A stretch of DNA of 63,784 nt, the filler included, from Octopus bimaculoides (taxonomy: Eukaryota), in the NCBI RefSeq assembly GCF_001194135.2. It is 5 parts of 4 records of this genome, joined end to end, with 100 filler letters (N's around TTAATTAATTAA, not from the genome) between each part and the next. Parts side by side here need not be neighbours in the genome. Positions count along the whole stretch, not along the records: positions 37,596 to 52,574 come from NC_068986.1; positions 52,675 to 59,336 come from NC_069000.1; positions 59,437 to 63,784 come from NC_068981.1; 2 more parts are not named here. The stretch is one strand, 5' to 3'. Shown here in pieces: positions 49,587 through 63,784 of the stretch. A program made the position numbers and the translations under genes. The notes under the pieces were generated by a model that saw only the letters and a program-made list of their open reading frames with translations, searched no databases and had not been told where the DNA came from. Position 1 is the stretch's first letter, and the number at the start of each line of letters is the position of its first letter.

Positions 49587-49804
49587 TATCGAGTTGTCCG
49601 GAAAGTCCGTGCCGATTTTTAAAAGAAAGGAAACGGTCAATAAATACTTGCCCAACCAAATATGAACCATTTTGTTGCATAATGTGTCTCCATCTTTCCT
49701 TTAACTTGAAAATACCCTCTTCCCAGAATTGAGGTGGTTTCATGGCAAATAAGTCGAAAGGTAAGCTACTATAAATCGGCACAAACTTTCTGGACAACCC
49801 AATA
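49587..49804 (-). mobile_element. Internally deleted mariner element (MITE)
   Basis: TIRs of about 30 bp (TCGAGTTGTCCGGAAAGTCCGTGCCGATTT / AAATCGGCACAAACTTTCTGGACAACCCAA) with TA flanks. The interior encodes F..KPPQFWEEGIFKLKERWRHIMQQNGSY, matching a mariner transposase C-terminus. Confidence 0.85.
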
Positions 49805-51417
49805 AAATAGAATTTGAATTAAAAAAATAAAATATATTTGTTAAGAAAATAATATTTAAAATGTTTCACAAATTTTGATGAGGAAGTGTGTTTGTGTATT
49901 TGTGGTGATTTCCACTTCTTTAGAGAAGATGGCCATCTCTTCACAGTAACTGATCTCATATGACTATCAAGTTAGGGCTTTGAACAAACAGACCCAAATG
50001 CAGATGTTACAAACATTTGCAGGCAGAGAAGTGGCTAGGATTGAAGTCAAGTTCCGTTTACAAAGTCGTCATTTCAAGGTGGAGTGTTCAATTCTTTGTG
50101 CTTCAAATGCTTCACAACTATCATAGATCATTTTTTCCCCCCCAAACCAATCGATTTTTCATCAACTACTCCCAATAAGTTCATTGAATTGATTCCAGTA
50201 TTTGATCGATATTATTTTATTGAGCCTAGATTGATGATAGGCAAAGTCAAACTTCAGTAAACACACAGACTGATTCTCAATGCAATATTAAAAAAAAAAT
50301 TTAATTAAAACAAACCCTATGTTATTATTTAGCCCTAGGTCAGACCTGACTCCCTATGCTCATGAAACCAAATATGTTCTTGCTATTATCATCCTGCTTT
50401 CTACCACCCAAACGTAACATATTTAATATCATATGTTAATATGAAACTTATTGAATGCAATGTCTCTATAAGATCTCAAAGATTGTAAGGTGTGAATTGA
50501 GAGAAGTTTGGCTGGTATTTCTAGCTAATTGCATACCGTCTTCTCGGAAACTCCTTAAATCTCGTCACTGAAGAAATATCAGTCTCCCTTCCTGCTGTCA
50601 CGAATATCACCATGTCTCCCCTCCACTAATCCACCCCTTTACAAAATCTACCTTTTCCCCTCACAACATCGATCCTCTGGAATAGCCATCCCTCCCTGCC
50701 ATGTATAAATATCCTGAAAAACACATTGTACGGGCGTACAAACTATGGGGAGCAGAGCGATCGATACATCTCAGTAGATTGTTAATTTATTCATTGGCAG
50801 CAGACGATTCACTTCGCTGTTGCTTCTCTGAGTTTGTCATTTCGCCCTTACAAGAGAACTGGAAGATATGTTCAGTTTGTCAAGGTTAACCACCATAGAA
50901 ACAAAAAATAAATGAATAAAAACAAGGGGTAGTGCACACGATGAGGTCACACGGCTCTGACATTGCCGCTTGCTCAGTGAGAAAACGAATGAGCAGGAAG
51001 CATGACGTGAAAATGTCACGGTTTGTGAAAGCTACATCATTCTTCTATGGTTGGCGGTTAGAGTTTTGGCGGGTAAAAATATAGTAAATATGCTCGGTCA
51101 GCCTACCAATACCACTCATGAAACAGCTAGCATGACTTAGGCAAAACGTCTTGTTGCATTTTGTTACAGACTTTCACATTCTAAGTCCAAATCCAGCCGA
51201 GATCAGTTTCGTCTTCCATTCTTCAGGGCTCGTTAAAATGACAATAATGCAACCTACACATGACTGAAATTTTAATTTTTATTATTATTATTATTATTAT
51301 TTATACAAAACAATTCCAGAAATTTGGTACCTTTCGTAAAAATATCACATGTGAAGTATTTTTGAAAAGTACATCGATTCTTAAGATGAGGTTTCAACTC
51401 TCCTTCTCACACATAAA

Positions 51418-51499
<82 letters not shown>

Positions 51500-52306
51500 T
51501 AAGGGAATTTTAATATTAATAAAAAATACAATCATTTTTGCCTCTTCGTTTCAAAACAAACTTTTTACGATTTGTAGAGAAACCAATATTTCTCTCCACC
51601 CCCTCCATCACCGTTCATGTATAAAAAGGCCAGTGTTATAAACTATACTTATCATTTATAGTTTTGGTCATTTATAGAATATCAAATCGAATTTGTAAAT
51701 AATGATCAGCGTAAGGTTCGATTTTGCTACTCAGGTGTCAAAGTTCGATTAGAAGAAATACCTGCATCAAATGGTTTTGCACAAAAAGTAAATATTAACC
51801 AAAGTAAGATAATAACCACGTGGAGATGGAAATGTATTCAACAAACTTGGTAGAAATTATTTTTAAAATTCTGACTCATCTGATAACTTTTATTAACAGA
51901 ACTATTTTCTTTCTCAATTACTTCGTCTCTTTCAAATATGTGGTTGATAAGGGAGTTAACTCTATATAAGTTACCTCCCTTGACAACATTACTAAAATCT
52001 TTTGATTTAAAAATAATATTTTAATGAAATTGATTATATTTAAAACTGTAGGATTAACGATTTAATTAAATCCGATCTAATCCTGTAAGAGAATGGATTC
52101 ATCTACGTGAACGTGACTAAGTTGTGTATTTTTTTTAGTGATTTAGCTTCTAATTAGTATATATTTTTTTATTTTGCAACTGACCTGCCTTTAAAATCCA
52201 CCAAGTCGGTAATGTCATAAAAAAAATATGAGGAGATATTGTAAAAATAAAGATTTTGTCATTCTACAAGAGACAAGATAGTTTCATGCTTATATAGGGT
52301 GAGAAC

Positions 52307-52574
52307 GGAGGCGCAATAGCCCAGTGGTAAGGGCAGCGAACTCGCGGTCATAGGATCGCGGTTTCGATTCCCAGACCGGCGTTGTGTGTGTTTATTGAGC
52401 GAAAACACCAAAAGCCTCACGAGGCTCCGGCAGAGGATGGTGGCGAACCCTGCTGTACTCTTCCACCACAACTTTCTCTCACTCCTTCTTCCTGTTTCTG
52501 TTGTACCTGTATTTCAAAGAGCCAGCCTTGTCACACTGTGTCACGCTGAATATCCCCGAGAACTACGTTAAGGG
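52307..52574 (+). mobile_element. SINE family C, 3' part lost in the join
   Basis: Close match to 23317-23703 with A box and GGTTTCGATTCCC. Confidence 0.9.
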
Positions 52575-52674
52575 NNNNNNNNNNNNNNNNNNNNNNNNNN
52601 NNNNNNNNNNNNNNNNNNTTAATTAATTAANNNNNNNNNNNNNNNNNNNNNNNNNNNNNNNNNNNNNNNNNNNN
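52575..52674. other. Artificial scaffold-join spacer
   Basis: 44 N + TTAATTAATTAA + 44 N. Confidence 0.95.
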
Positions 52675-53467
52675 TATATATATATGTATATATATATATA
52701 TATCTATGTATATATATATATATATCTATGTATATATATATATATGTATATGTGTATGAATTGTGTAAGTCCGTGCTATTCATTTAGTTGTTTATACATA
52801 AGCAACCACATATGTGTCCATGTGAATTTACATATCAAATAAAATCTCATGTGACGTAATCAATATCGATCCGAGCCGTATGAGGGTAGTATAAATTGTC
52901 TTACGGCAGTTCTTTCAACGTTCAAATCTCTGAGTTTAAATCTCTCCGATATCAATTTTATCATTCATCCCTCGGGGTTAGTAAAGCAATCTACAAGTCA
53001 AGTACCTAGATCTGCCAAGACTGCTGGTTGTGTGGCTAAATCAGAAACAATTAATTAAAGAATTGTTATGAGCAAGGCAGCAGAAATTTATCGAATTTGC
53101 TTTTCACAGAGACCGTGAAAACTGCAACTCCAGCACATGATGTCTTTCAAAGCTAAGAAGTAATCGTAAAATTTGACCGTCTCCGTCTTCCACTGTTCGA
53201 ATTTTTAACGGGCAATAACTGATTTTGCGGGATAAATATAATGATAATGCCAGTAATAATAATAATAATAACAATGTCAATGATAATCCTTTCTAATATA
53301 GATATAAGGCCTGGAATTTGTGGGGAGGGGGATAGTCGAGCGCATCGATCCCGAAAGGATGAAAGGCAAAGTCGACCTCAGCGAAATTTGAACTTAGAAC
53401 GTAGCGAGGGCGAAATGATGCCAAGAATTTCGTCCAGCGTGCTAACGAGTCTGCCAGCTCGCGGTAA

Positions 53468-53600
53468 TGACAAGAAGAAGAAGAAGAAGAAGAAGAAGAA
53501 GACGAAGAAGAAGACGAAGAAGAAGACGAAGAAGAAGAAGAAGAAGAAGAAGCAGAAGAAGACGAATAATAATAATAATAAGAAGAAGAAGAAGAATGAA
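53468..53600. repeat. (GAA/GAC)n-(AAT)n microsatellite
   Basis: Directly visible; source of the poly-Arg/Lys/Leu ORFs. Confidence 0.95.
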
Positions 53601-53677
53601 TGAATTCAAATTTCGGTGGAGAAGTGAATTACATTGGCCCCAATGCTCAACCAGCACTCAATTTACCGACTCCGCTT

Positions 53678-53715
<38 letters not shown>

Positions 53716-53993
53716 CATGTTTTAAAGTCAAAGCAGTCTGCTGGCTGTGGACAGCTGACACTTTCCATGATACCCAGCAAAATAAGCTGTGAGTTTTAAT
53801 ACAATAATATTGCAAATGTCTTTTTTAAAGTCGATTTTACATCATTGTAACTAGAATCATATCAATATAGAACTGTATACCTCATTTGACATTATACCCC
53901 TCATGCAAGATAAAGTCTTTTCAATATTACATTCACTCAGTTTCTTTAATATTTTGATTGAAATGATCTCTGATTTATATTCTCTATTTCTCC

Positions 53994-54035
<42 letters not shown>

Positions 54036-54038
54036 CTT

Positions 54039-54074
<36 letters not shown>

Positions 54075-54679
54075 CCTTTCCNNNNNNNNNNNNNNNNNNN
54101 NNNNNNNNNNNNNNNNNNNNNNNNAAATTTGTTACACAAACGGTCACTGAAAGTCAGTTATATGTTGGTTATCACTTCATCGACTTGGTGAAGTTCATTA
54201 AAATCGACGCATAAAAAGATGTAACAATATTCAAGAGAATATTTTTCTCTGCTCTTTAATTTATTTGTCATTCTGATTTCCTCTTCCTTTTCATCATTTG
54301 GTTCCGCAAATTATTTCTTCATAATGTATAATATATATTTAAATTCATGAAAAAATTTTAGTCATGATGATAATTAATATACGGTTCACAGGAATATTGA
54401 AACGCGAGAATTAATTTAAACATCTGCGCTGAAAATGTATAACGAATATGGTATGTAGAAATGAAGTGTCGTCATTTCAGACTAATTGGACGTTCTCTTT
54501 TTATCGAAGATCCGAGTGTGGATATCCTGTTTTCAGATTGAACACACGCCCTCTCATACACACACACACACACTTTCACACAGACGCACACACACAAACA
54601 CACACAAGCACACACACATGCATGTAATTGTCTGTGTATGTATATGTATGTGTGTATGTCTGTATATATATATATATAT

Positions 54680-54727
<48 letters not shown>

Positions 54728-56098
54728 ATATATCATCATGAATGTATACTAAGCACACACGCGCACACGCGCACACGCGCACACGCGCACACATTCTTAC
54801 GCCCACGCGCACGCACATTTTTGTGTGTGTGTGTGTGTAAATATATACATACATGAAGGCGCATGGTTTAGTGGCTAGAACATTCGCGTTACGGTCGTAT
54901 GGGCGTGAGTTAGATTCACGGCGGCGCGTTGTGTCTTTAAGCAAGACACTTTAGGTCTCGTTACACCGGTCCTTTAATCCAGACTGCCAGCTTTGTCACA
55001 ATCTGTGTCGCATGAAATCTCCCTTAGAACTACGTTGAGGGCTGCCGTGTTTCTGGAGTGCTCAGCCGCTTGCACTTTCATTTCACCAAGCAGGTTGTTC
55101 GGTTGGCCGAATCAACTGAAACATTCGTCTTCACAACCGACAGACACCTAAGTCATGCATAAAAGTTTCTAAGTTGTTAGCTATGTGCTTTGCACAGCAC
55201 ACTTGCTCAAAGGAATGAAGCTTTTAAAAAGTGGCAAACAGCAATTTTTTAGAACACATTGATATATCTAAATGAATATATTTGAAAGCAAGAGACCAAA
55301 AAGGGAAAATTAAAATAAGAGATATTTACTGAATACAGAGCGTATAAGTAGAGATACGGGATACGTGAGAGTGAACTATATGAAGAGAAAATGTGTGAAA
55401 TTTATACTTATAATAAATGCCTTACAGAATGTGATGCTAGGTTGAAGGAAGTAAAACAAAGAAGTAGAAGAGAGATGTGAGGATTGTAAAGGGACATCTT
55501 GTATGAGGAGTGTAGCGTCAAATGAGGTATATATTTCTATATTGATATGATTCTAGTGACAATGATGTAAGATCGACTTTAAAAAAAGAGAGGATTAGGA
55601 GTAGAACGAAAGTATTTATGAGACGCACAGTGAGAGATTAAAAAAAATATTATATGGCTACAAAGGAGTGGCTGCACTAAATTGTATTTAAAATTTACAA
55701 GAATAAGTGCGTTGCAGATATTCTGTATGTTTATAAGGAAGGAAAGGCATATACTGATAGAGGATAGCACAAACTCTTATGTAAATAGCTAGTCAATGGA
55801 GAATGAATGGAAGAGTAGACCGCATTACACGGAATGAAAGATTTCACAATAAAACGAAAAAAAAATATTCAAGTAAAGTCATTTTGCTTTTGTTTTTCTT
55901 TATTGGGACCTCTTTCATTTTCACCTTAATTAATTATCTTTTAATTCATTTATTTTCCTGACGTTTAATTTATTAACGCGGCTTCGTTTGACTGAGATAT
56001 TCATCTATTTGTACTGCTTAATAAGTAGTTTTTATTATTCTCTCACTAATCTTCCCAACTTTTTATGCCACTATATGTACACACCCATACACACACAT

Positions 56099-56133
<35 letters not shown>

Positions 56134-56138
56134 CACAT

Positions 56139-56191
<53 letters not shown>

Positions 56192-57407
56192 TGTATATNN
56201 NNNNNNNNNNNNNNNNNNNNNNNNNNNNNNNNNNNNNNNNNNNNNNNNNNNNNNNNNNNNNNNNNNNNNNNNNNNNNNNNNNNNNNNNNNNNNNNNNNNN
56301 NNNNNNNNNNNNNNNNNNNNNNNNNNNNNNNNNNNNNNNNNNNNNNNNNNNNNNNNNNNNNNNNNNNNNNNNNNNNNNNNNNNNNNNNNNNNNNNNNNNN
56401 NNNNNNNNNNNNNNNNNNNNNNNNNNNNNNNNNNNNNNNNNNNNNNNNNNNNNNNNNNNNNNNNNNNNNNNNNNNNNNNNNNNNNNNNNNNNNNNNNNNN
56501 NNNNNNNNNNNNNNNNNNNNNNNNNNNNNNNNNNNNNNNNNNNNNNNNNNNNNNNNNNNNNNNNNNNNNNNNNNNNNNNNNNNNNNNNNNNNNNNNNNNN
56601 NNNNNNNNNNNNNNNNNNNNNNNNNNNNNNNNNNNNNNNNNNNNNNNNNNNNNNNNNNNNNNNNNNNNNNNNNNNNNNNNNNNNNNNNNNNNNNNNNNNN
56701 NNNNNNNNNNNNNNNNNNNNNNNNNNNNNNNNNNNNNNNNNNNNNNNNNNNNNNNNNNNNNNNNTATATATATATATATATATACATATATACACATGTA
56801 TTAGTAATTACTGTAAAATATCAATAGTTTTAAATTAACTTTGTCTAGTTTGGTAAAAGATTCCATTTGAATTAATCTATAAAATGTACTGAAAATTTAA
56901 TTTTTACCTAATATTACGAAACACACACTTGAGAAATTATATAACTTATTGATTTCTTGATATAAGTGATATTTTACAATTTCTCCTTTACTCTTTTCAT
57001 TTTGGAAATAATGCATCTGATTTTGATGATTCCTTTCATTCATTATTTAAATTGCAATATTTTTGCCATTTAGAATATTACTACTGAATTTAATGACTTT
57101 TGAACAAAATTTTGAATCATTATCTTGCTTCTTGAGGTTAAAAGTAATTTATAAATTTCAGTTCTTTTGTGTAGATAGGAGTATCATACGTGTGTAGAAG
57201 TATTGTATATGTCTGTTAAATTTACATTGTATGTTTGTCATTTATTCTACCGTTACCCCAACACATCGCCTCCTAATATTTTTCTCTATTCTTGCACATT
57301 GTTTTCTTCTCACATTCCTCATCCTAAAATCTTTTCTTTATCATTTTCTGTTTCCACTCAAGCATATCGTACAAAGTCTATTTCTCTCTCTCTCTCTCTC
57401 TCTCTCG

Positions 57408-57453
<46 letters not shown>

Positions 57454-59295
57454 CTCCCCCCCACTCTTCTCTCCTTCTCTCTGTCTATTTTTCTGTTCAC
57501 TTTTGTGCAACTGTAGAAACAGGGGAATGTCTCCGAAAAAAGAGTATTTACCATCAGAGCGATGGGTGAAAATATATGAGGCCTACGGAAAAATATTTTA
57601 TATGTACTGTAGTTGAAAACAAAAAAAAAGTGTATGCGTATATTTTCTAAACAATTGATAAAATACAGAACATTTATTCGATATCATGTTCTATGACCCA
57701 TGTGAAACATGTTCAGTGTTTTCAAAACAGAGATTGGAAAATATAATTAACGAAACGAAATAAAACTTACAACCGGCGATAAATTGAGCTTCTAGAAATA
57801 AACTTACTCTGGTTTCTTCTTAGTTAACGGCTAATATTTCGAAATAAAATTTCAGTCTATACAATCTGCTAGATAGAAAACCATAAAACTACAGGTATTT
57901 CTGAAAAGGAAAGTGGATAAATATTGCTCTGCTGAGTTGACTATTGATGATATACACAAGTTCGCAAATATTCATTTTATTTAACTAATATCAACTATTT
58001 GTTCACGCTCAGCATGAATTATATGTATGTATCATGGTGTGTTGAGGATTTTTCTTAGTTTAAAAAAGAAGTCTGTTATCTTTGATTTAAGATTCCATTT
58101 TCAAGGGAGCAGTAAATTCTTTGCACTGAGAGGTCACCGCTCTCGCACTAGGCATATGTGATTAGAATTTCACAGGAAAGAATTGCAAGACAGATTCTTC
58201 GAGGCAGGAAACCTAGGAGTGGACCAAGAATGTGATGGTTGATTGATATCCAAAACCGCAGCTGGTCACGCTTGGGAATTCAACCGGAAAGTATTACGCC
58301 GTTTACTTCTCATTGTATCAAAAAGAGGAGTTGCCTCAGGATTCAATTCCACGATTTTCCCAGGAATAGAGAGGAATTATAATATATGTTTCTGGACACT
58401 ACATGCATTTCCATTGGCTAAAATCGTTTTGCTCTTACGATTTAATTATCGGAAATACTGTAGATTTTATTGACACTTTTTTCTATTTCAATTATTCAAT
58501 TACCTATTTTATTTTGGTGTTTAATCTAATGGGCTCATATGCGTACTTTTGGTCATGATTAGAAATTTTTTGAGGTAAAAGTAATTCCTTAAAATGAAAT
58601 TTCAAATGCCATCCACCTCAAACTGAACAACCCTTTTATAAATAAGGTTTTCTGGGTCCCCATTGGTGAGTTAGCAATTAATTGAGTGATTAGTGAACTC
58701 TTTCACTTTATGAACAATATATACATATAACTTTGTGTTTCTATGTGGGGTTATATGTGTTATAGGAAATTTATTGCCTGCACACAAGCACACACACACA
58801 CATACACAAACACACACACATATACACAAACACACACACACATAAGCATACCTATAGGCATCTGGAAAATGTTTAGCTAATATTAATTCACCATTGCATG
58901 TTTCATTTGCTATGAAGAATCATACAATTGTACATGTTGGGTAAACAAGTAAGAAACATCCTATTAGAAATTCTTGAGAGAGAGTATCGATTAATAATAT
59001 TCGATTCCCTGGCTGAAGAATTTCTAATAAGAAATTTCTGACATGTTTATCCAGCACATACGACTTTATGATTCCAATTAGTAAATAAAACATGTATAAT
59101 GGCGAATAACTAATACCAAACAAATTTGAGACTTCTTTTGTTATATAATAACACTGCCAAAAATATTTTCAGAATTTTCAACTCGTATATGTACCTCACA
59201 TTAATGCAACAAGGACAACAACTACATTCTGGAATGTAATAGTGGAATATGTAGATGTATTTCAAGAGGGCACAGCTTGGGTCTTTTTCCTACCT

Positions 59296-59336
<41 letters not shown>

Positions 59337-59436
59337 NNNNNNNNNNNNNNNNNNNNNNNNNNNNNNNNNNNNNNNNNNNNTTAATTAATTAANNNNNNNN
59401 NNNNNNNNNNNNNNNNNNNNNNNNNNNNNNNNNNNN
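59337..59436. other. Artificial scaffold-join spacer
   Basis: 44 N + TTAATTAATTAA + 44 N. Confidence 0.95.
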
Positions 59437-59480
<44 letters not shown>

Positions 59481-62400
59481 TCATGCATATATACATACAT
59501 ACACACACATACATACATGTACATATACATATATTCTCGTGTTTGTTTATATCCATAGACTTAAAAGTGTGTAAGTATGTATGTGCATGTATGCTTGTAT
59601 GTGCATGTATGCTTGTATGTGCGTATGTTTTTGGATATTTGTGAGACATGCTTAAATCTTTGTACGTTATCGTGACTTGTATCGAAGATTGCTCACATAC
59701 CGATGACAGTGCCGGTGTGGCGTTAGGAATGAGAAACGCGTGTTTAATATTAAGTCTGCAGTATAGACTGAGCTAAAGATTTTTCCAAAGAATTTTGTTG
59801 AGAAACATATTTTTCTTTATTTGTTTGAAGTAGTATTGTAACAGTGAGACAGCAGCAGACAGAAAGCAATTATGTATATCTGACCATTTCGAGTTTTCTG
59901 TCTATTTACTTTACTCTCCATCTTGAAAGTGACACATGGAATGAAATAAGAAAATAAGCACGAGATATCACTATTATAAATGTACAATAATTTTAAAATG
60001 TGAGCTAAGAGAAAATAATTCAAGCTCACATAAGACATGAATTCAGATAATTCAGGTAAGTAATGATGTACTGAATGGCAAACGTTAATGAATTATCTCC
60101 GGAGTCGTTTAATGATATTATGAGATATGGGATGTTAACTATTCAATTGTCGCTTTAGAATATCCGTTCATTTTCACTATTTGATCTGACGCAGATGAGT
60201 AGTTTCAACGGATACAAAATCTTCTTTTTTGTGGGTGAGAGAATAGTATACTGCAATGACTATTTTCCGGGATTCCGAGGCTGGAAGACTGTAGGAGGGA
60301 AGAAAGCTATCCGCAGACTGAAAAGAGAACTAGAACGTTTGTGACAAAATGGAGACCGCTAAAAGTTATCGAAAATACAGATGGAGATGATAAACCGAGC
60401 AAAAGACTGAGTCTGGCACACAAAACGGGAATGATCCTAATAGACGACGTTCACAGTTTCAGTCGAATAAATTTCACATAATAAGGATATTATAAAGGTC
60501 CCGCCTATTATAATGTCATATTATATTTGTGGGGTTGATGGAGACCATCTGAGTTGAAAGCATGATTAACTATAGGATTGTAGGTTACAGATCTTGAAAG
60601 GAAAGAACATTACTTAATTATAGGTGTCTAGGTGTACAGCAAAATAATACAGGAGAATGAAACACTGTCACATTTTTGTATTGAATGCTAATAAGCATAT
60701 ATGAGGAATTTTACAAACAAGTAAAACCAATGTGTAAAGTTAGCCACACCGGCCGTGAAATTTTAACTGTCAGAACCAGGAAAATAGTATTGAGTCAGAT
60801 ATCTTGCACGAGTTACATTGAATTACTTATCTGAAGTTACATAATATGTATATACAATCTCTATAGGTACATCCATTATATAATTGCAATGCATCCAGAT
60901 CTTTCTACAAGTCTAATATATATATATATATANNNNNNNNNNNNNNNNNNNNNNNNNNNNNNNNNNNNNNNNNNNNNNNNNNNNNNNNNNNNNNNNNNNN
61001 NNNNNNNNNNNNNNNNNNNNNNNNNNNNNNNNNNNNNNNNNNNNNNNNNNNNNNNNNNNNNNNNNNNNNNNNNNNNNNNNNNNNNNNNNNNNNNNNNNNN
61101 NNNNNNNNNNNNNNNNNNNNNNNNNNNNNNNNNNNNNNNNNNNNNNNACCGTCTGTCCCGCAGTTTTACAAGGTTGTTCAAAAACATCCAAGTTAAAGAG
61201 ATGTCATCTGTCTCACGTGAGTGAGTTCCGCTCCGCAGATCATTCCATCCAATCTCCCGCTATCTTCGGCTTGGTTTTCTACACCACTGCTTTTCTTCAG
61301 AACGATGAGAAGCTAATCTCTCTCTAAAAATACACTCTCTTTGGTTTAAATTCACCATCTCATTTTTACTTGTATTTCCCTCAACCTGCTCCAAAAATTT
61401 ACCTTGATTCTCCAGCCTTTCGCTGTATTGCCTGCAACTTCAACTCATACTATTCCCGCCCTCTCACCCATATCTCACCTTTCACCACCCTCACTCTTAC
61501 ATACACCCTCAACATAACAAAAGACGTTTCACACATACATACATGAACACTCACTCACGCACATTCTTCAACTCTTCGGCACTCCAGTTTTGTCTGAAAC
61601 TTTTAAATCTCTCTTGCCTCGGACTCTTCCGCCTTTCTCCTCTGATTGACTGCTACTCATTCTTTTGCTTGCCATCAACAAGAAGAAACAAACAAACTAC
61701 ATTTCCCTCAACTTCTCTCTTCTACTATCCAGCCTTCTTTAAAAAAAAAAACTCTAATTTTGTTCTTTCCACTATTTCCTTTTTACGCATCGTGCTCATA
61801 AAATGTTTTTCACCTGTTCACCACAGACATTTTTTTCTCTGCATTTTACTTATCTCTTTTGTTCGAAGATTTTACCAGTTTCTTACTATCTTCTAGACGT
61901 TCTACGAAACTCTCCGGACCTATTATCATTCTTGTGTAATGTTTATCAATTTCTTCCGCTTGTCTGCTCTTTCCAAAATTCATACTATTTTCGCTCCTTT
62001 TCAAATTTTACTTTCAACCATCCCTCTTTGTTAACAAAAACTTGTTCACATCTCTACGTACTTATGTTATGCATTTGTACACACATCAGTAACACCTTTC
62101 ATATTGATCTTGCCATCCCATATTCTTTAATAATATCTCTATTCCGTCGCACTCGCACCCACTCTTACTTCCTCACACATATAGGCTCTCATACCACGAA
62201 CATAACTATTATATACACACACTCTAGCAAACAAACACCAATATGCTTCCACATTTGCACACCTCTATACACAAACATGCACCAGACTAATACACACACA
62301 TTGCTTTCTTATTCCTGCTCTTAGACACAACTGCACTCTTACATCTACACACTTATCCTTTGACCCCTTCGAAACGCACCATAGAATAGCATTGGTACCT

Positions 62401-63394
62401 GGTTCTGATCCTTTGCCTATTCTAACCCTTGTTTCAGGGGTTATTTCTCTTTTGCATTCATTCTTTATTTCTTTCTTTTGCTAAAGTACTAATGTCCGAA
62501 TTGTTAAGACATATTCTCTTACAATTTAAGTTTTAAGTTAATACCATATTTGCCAAACATTTTTTTGTTGTCTAGTCTTTTGTTTATTATTCCTTGTATT
62601 TATACTATATACACATATATATGTATGTGTACGCATGTGTGTGTATGTGTTCATACACATGCATCATATAATAGATAGTGCCCATGGTCTTGAGAATAAT
62701 TAATGCTAATCCGTTACACACGTGACGGATCAGAATTCTATAGCTGAAGTCAAATGTGATAGTGTAAAAAACAGAGTTTCAGTTTATAACAAAATGAGAT
62801 GAATTTACAAGTGAGAGATCTAAATCATGCCAAAAAACTGGAGTGTATTGTATATTCAAAGCACAGATGAATTAATTTAACAGATTAAACATTAACTTGA
62901 TGTATAATTAACATAACCACGAACAGAGTTACAACATTGTCATATTGTTTCGTTTTATTTCCCTAGGTGGTAGTAAAAGAATATCCTATACTACATTAGT
63001 CTTTTCTTGAAATAAATAACAAAATAAAAGTCTTTAGCTAACCGTGATTCACAGATTTTTCCGTGCATTGACGCTGATTGATAGAGCACAAAAGAATAGG
63101 AAGTAGACTGTTAGCTGCGACACGCAAAAGAAATGAAAAAACTTCGTAAGGTTTCCTTTAAAAAAGTCATATATATTTTTTTATATATAGTTTATATAGT
63201 TTATGTAGTTGGATTTGGTCTCTTCTGATCATGGGTGACTTAATGTCTATTGTTTTATTACTCTGAAGAAAAGTTGAAAGAAAGAATTGATTGCTGACCT
63301 GTAACTTACCGACGTACGTTAGCTAAAAAAACGAAGTTATAACATATTAACACATGCATATTCGCACAACACATACATAGATGTTTGTATGTAC

Positions 63395-63747
<353 letters not shown>

Positions 63748-63748
63748 C

Positions 63749-63784
63749 TTTCTTTTATTAGCCACACAGGGCTGCACACAGAGG
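63749..63784 (-). mobile_element. 3' end of the same LINE-like repeat as 46021-46230
   Basis: Minus strand reads GCAGCCCTGTGTGGCTAATAAAAGAAAG, then (TATC)n. Confidence 0.55.

Noticed and set aside
4514-61224. Long ORFs filled with X
   Set aside because: Open only because N gaps contain no stops.

Overview
Repeat-dense, AT-rich, gapped eukaryotic DNA. The repeat content (tRNA-headed SINEs, RTE-type tails, very dense microsatellites) resembles an octopus/coleoid genome; this is an inference. Four identical 100-nt spacers (44 N + TTAATTAATTAA + 44 N) are artificial joins, so the window is five stitched pieces: 1-27406, 27507-37495, 37596-52574, 52675-59336, 59437-63784. One coding region is clear: a minus-strand terminal exon encoding a complete fibrinogen-related domain (30533-31275). 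Three phase-compatible plus-strand exons (15775-15864, 18583-18632, 21108-21368) suggest a second gene that I do not recognise. Nearly all other ORFs in the track are microsatellite or N-gap artefacts. Mobile DNA includes several tRNA-derived SINE families, an RTE LINE 3' fragment, a restriction-like-endonuclease retrotransposon fragment inside (TAA)n, two hAT-type MITEs and a mini-mariner. The most striking unexplained structure is a set of at least five sequence-distinct repeats carrying minimal type I hammerhead ribozyme motifs with self-complementary helix III, the form known from Penelope-like elements. Four of the loci are head-to-head inverted (foldback) pairs, and one has a tRNA-like head in front of the ribozyme arm. 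No database searches or folding programs were run. Coordinates of diverged repeats are approximate (about +/-10 nt).
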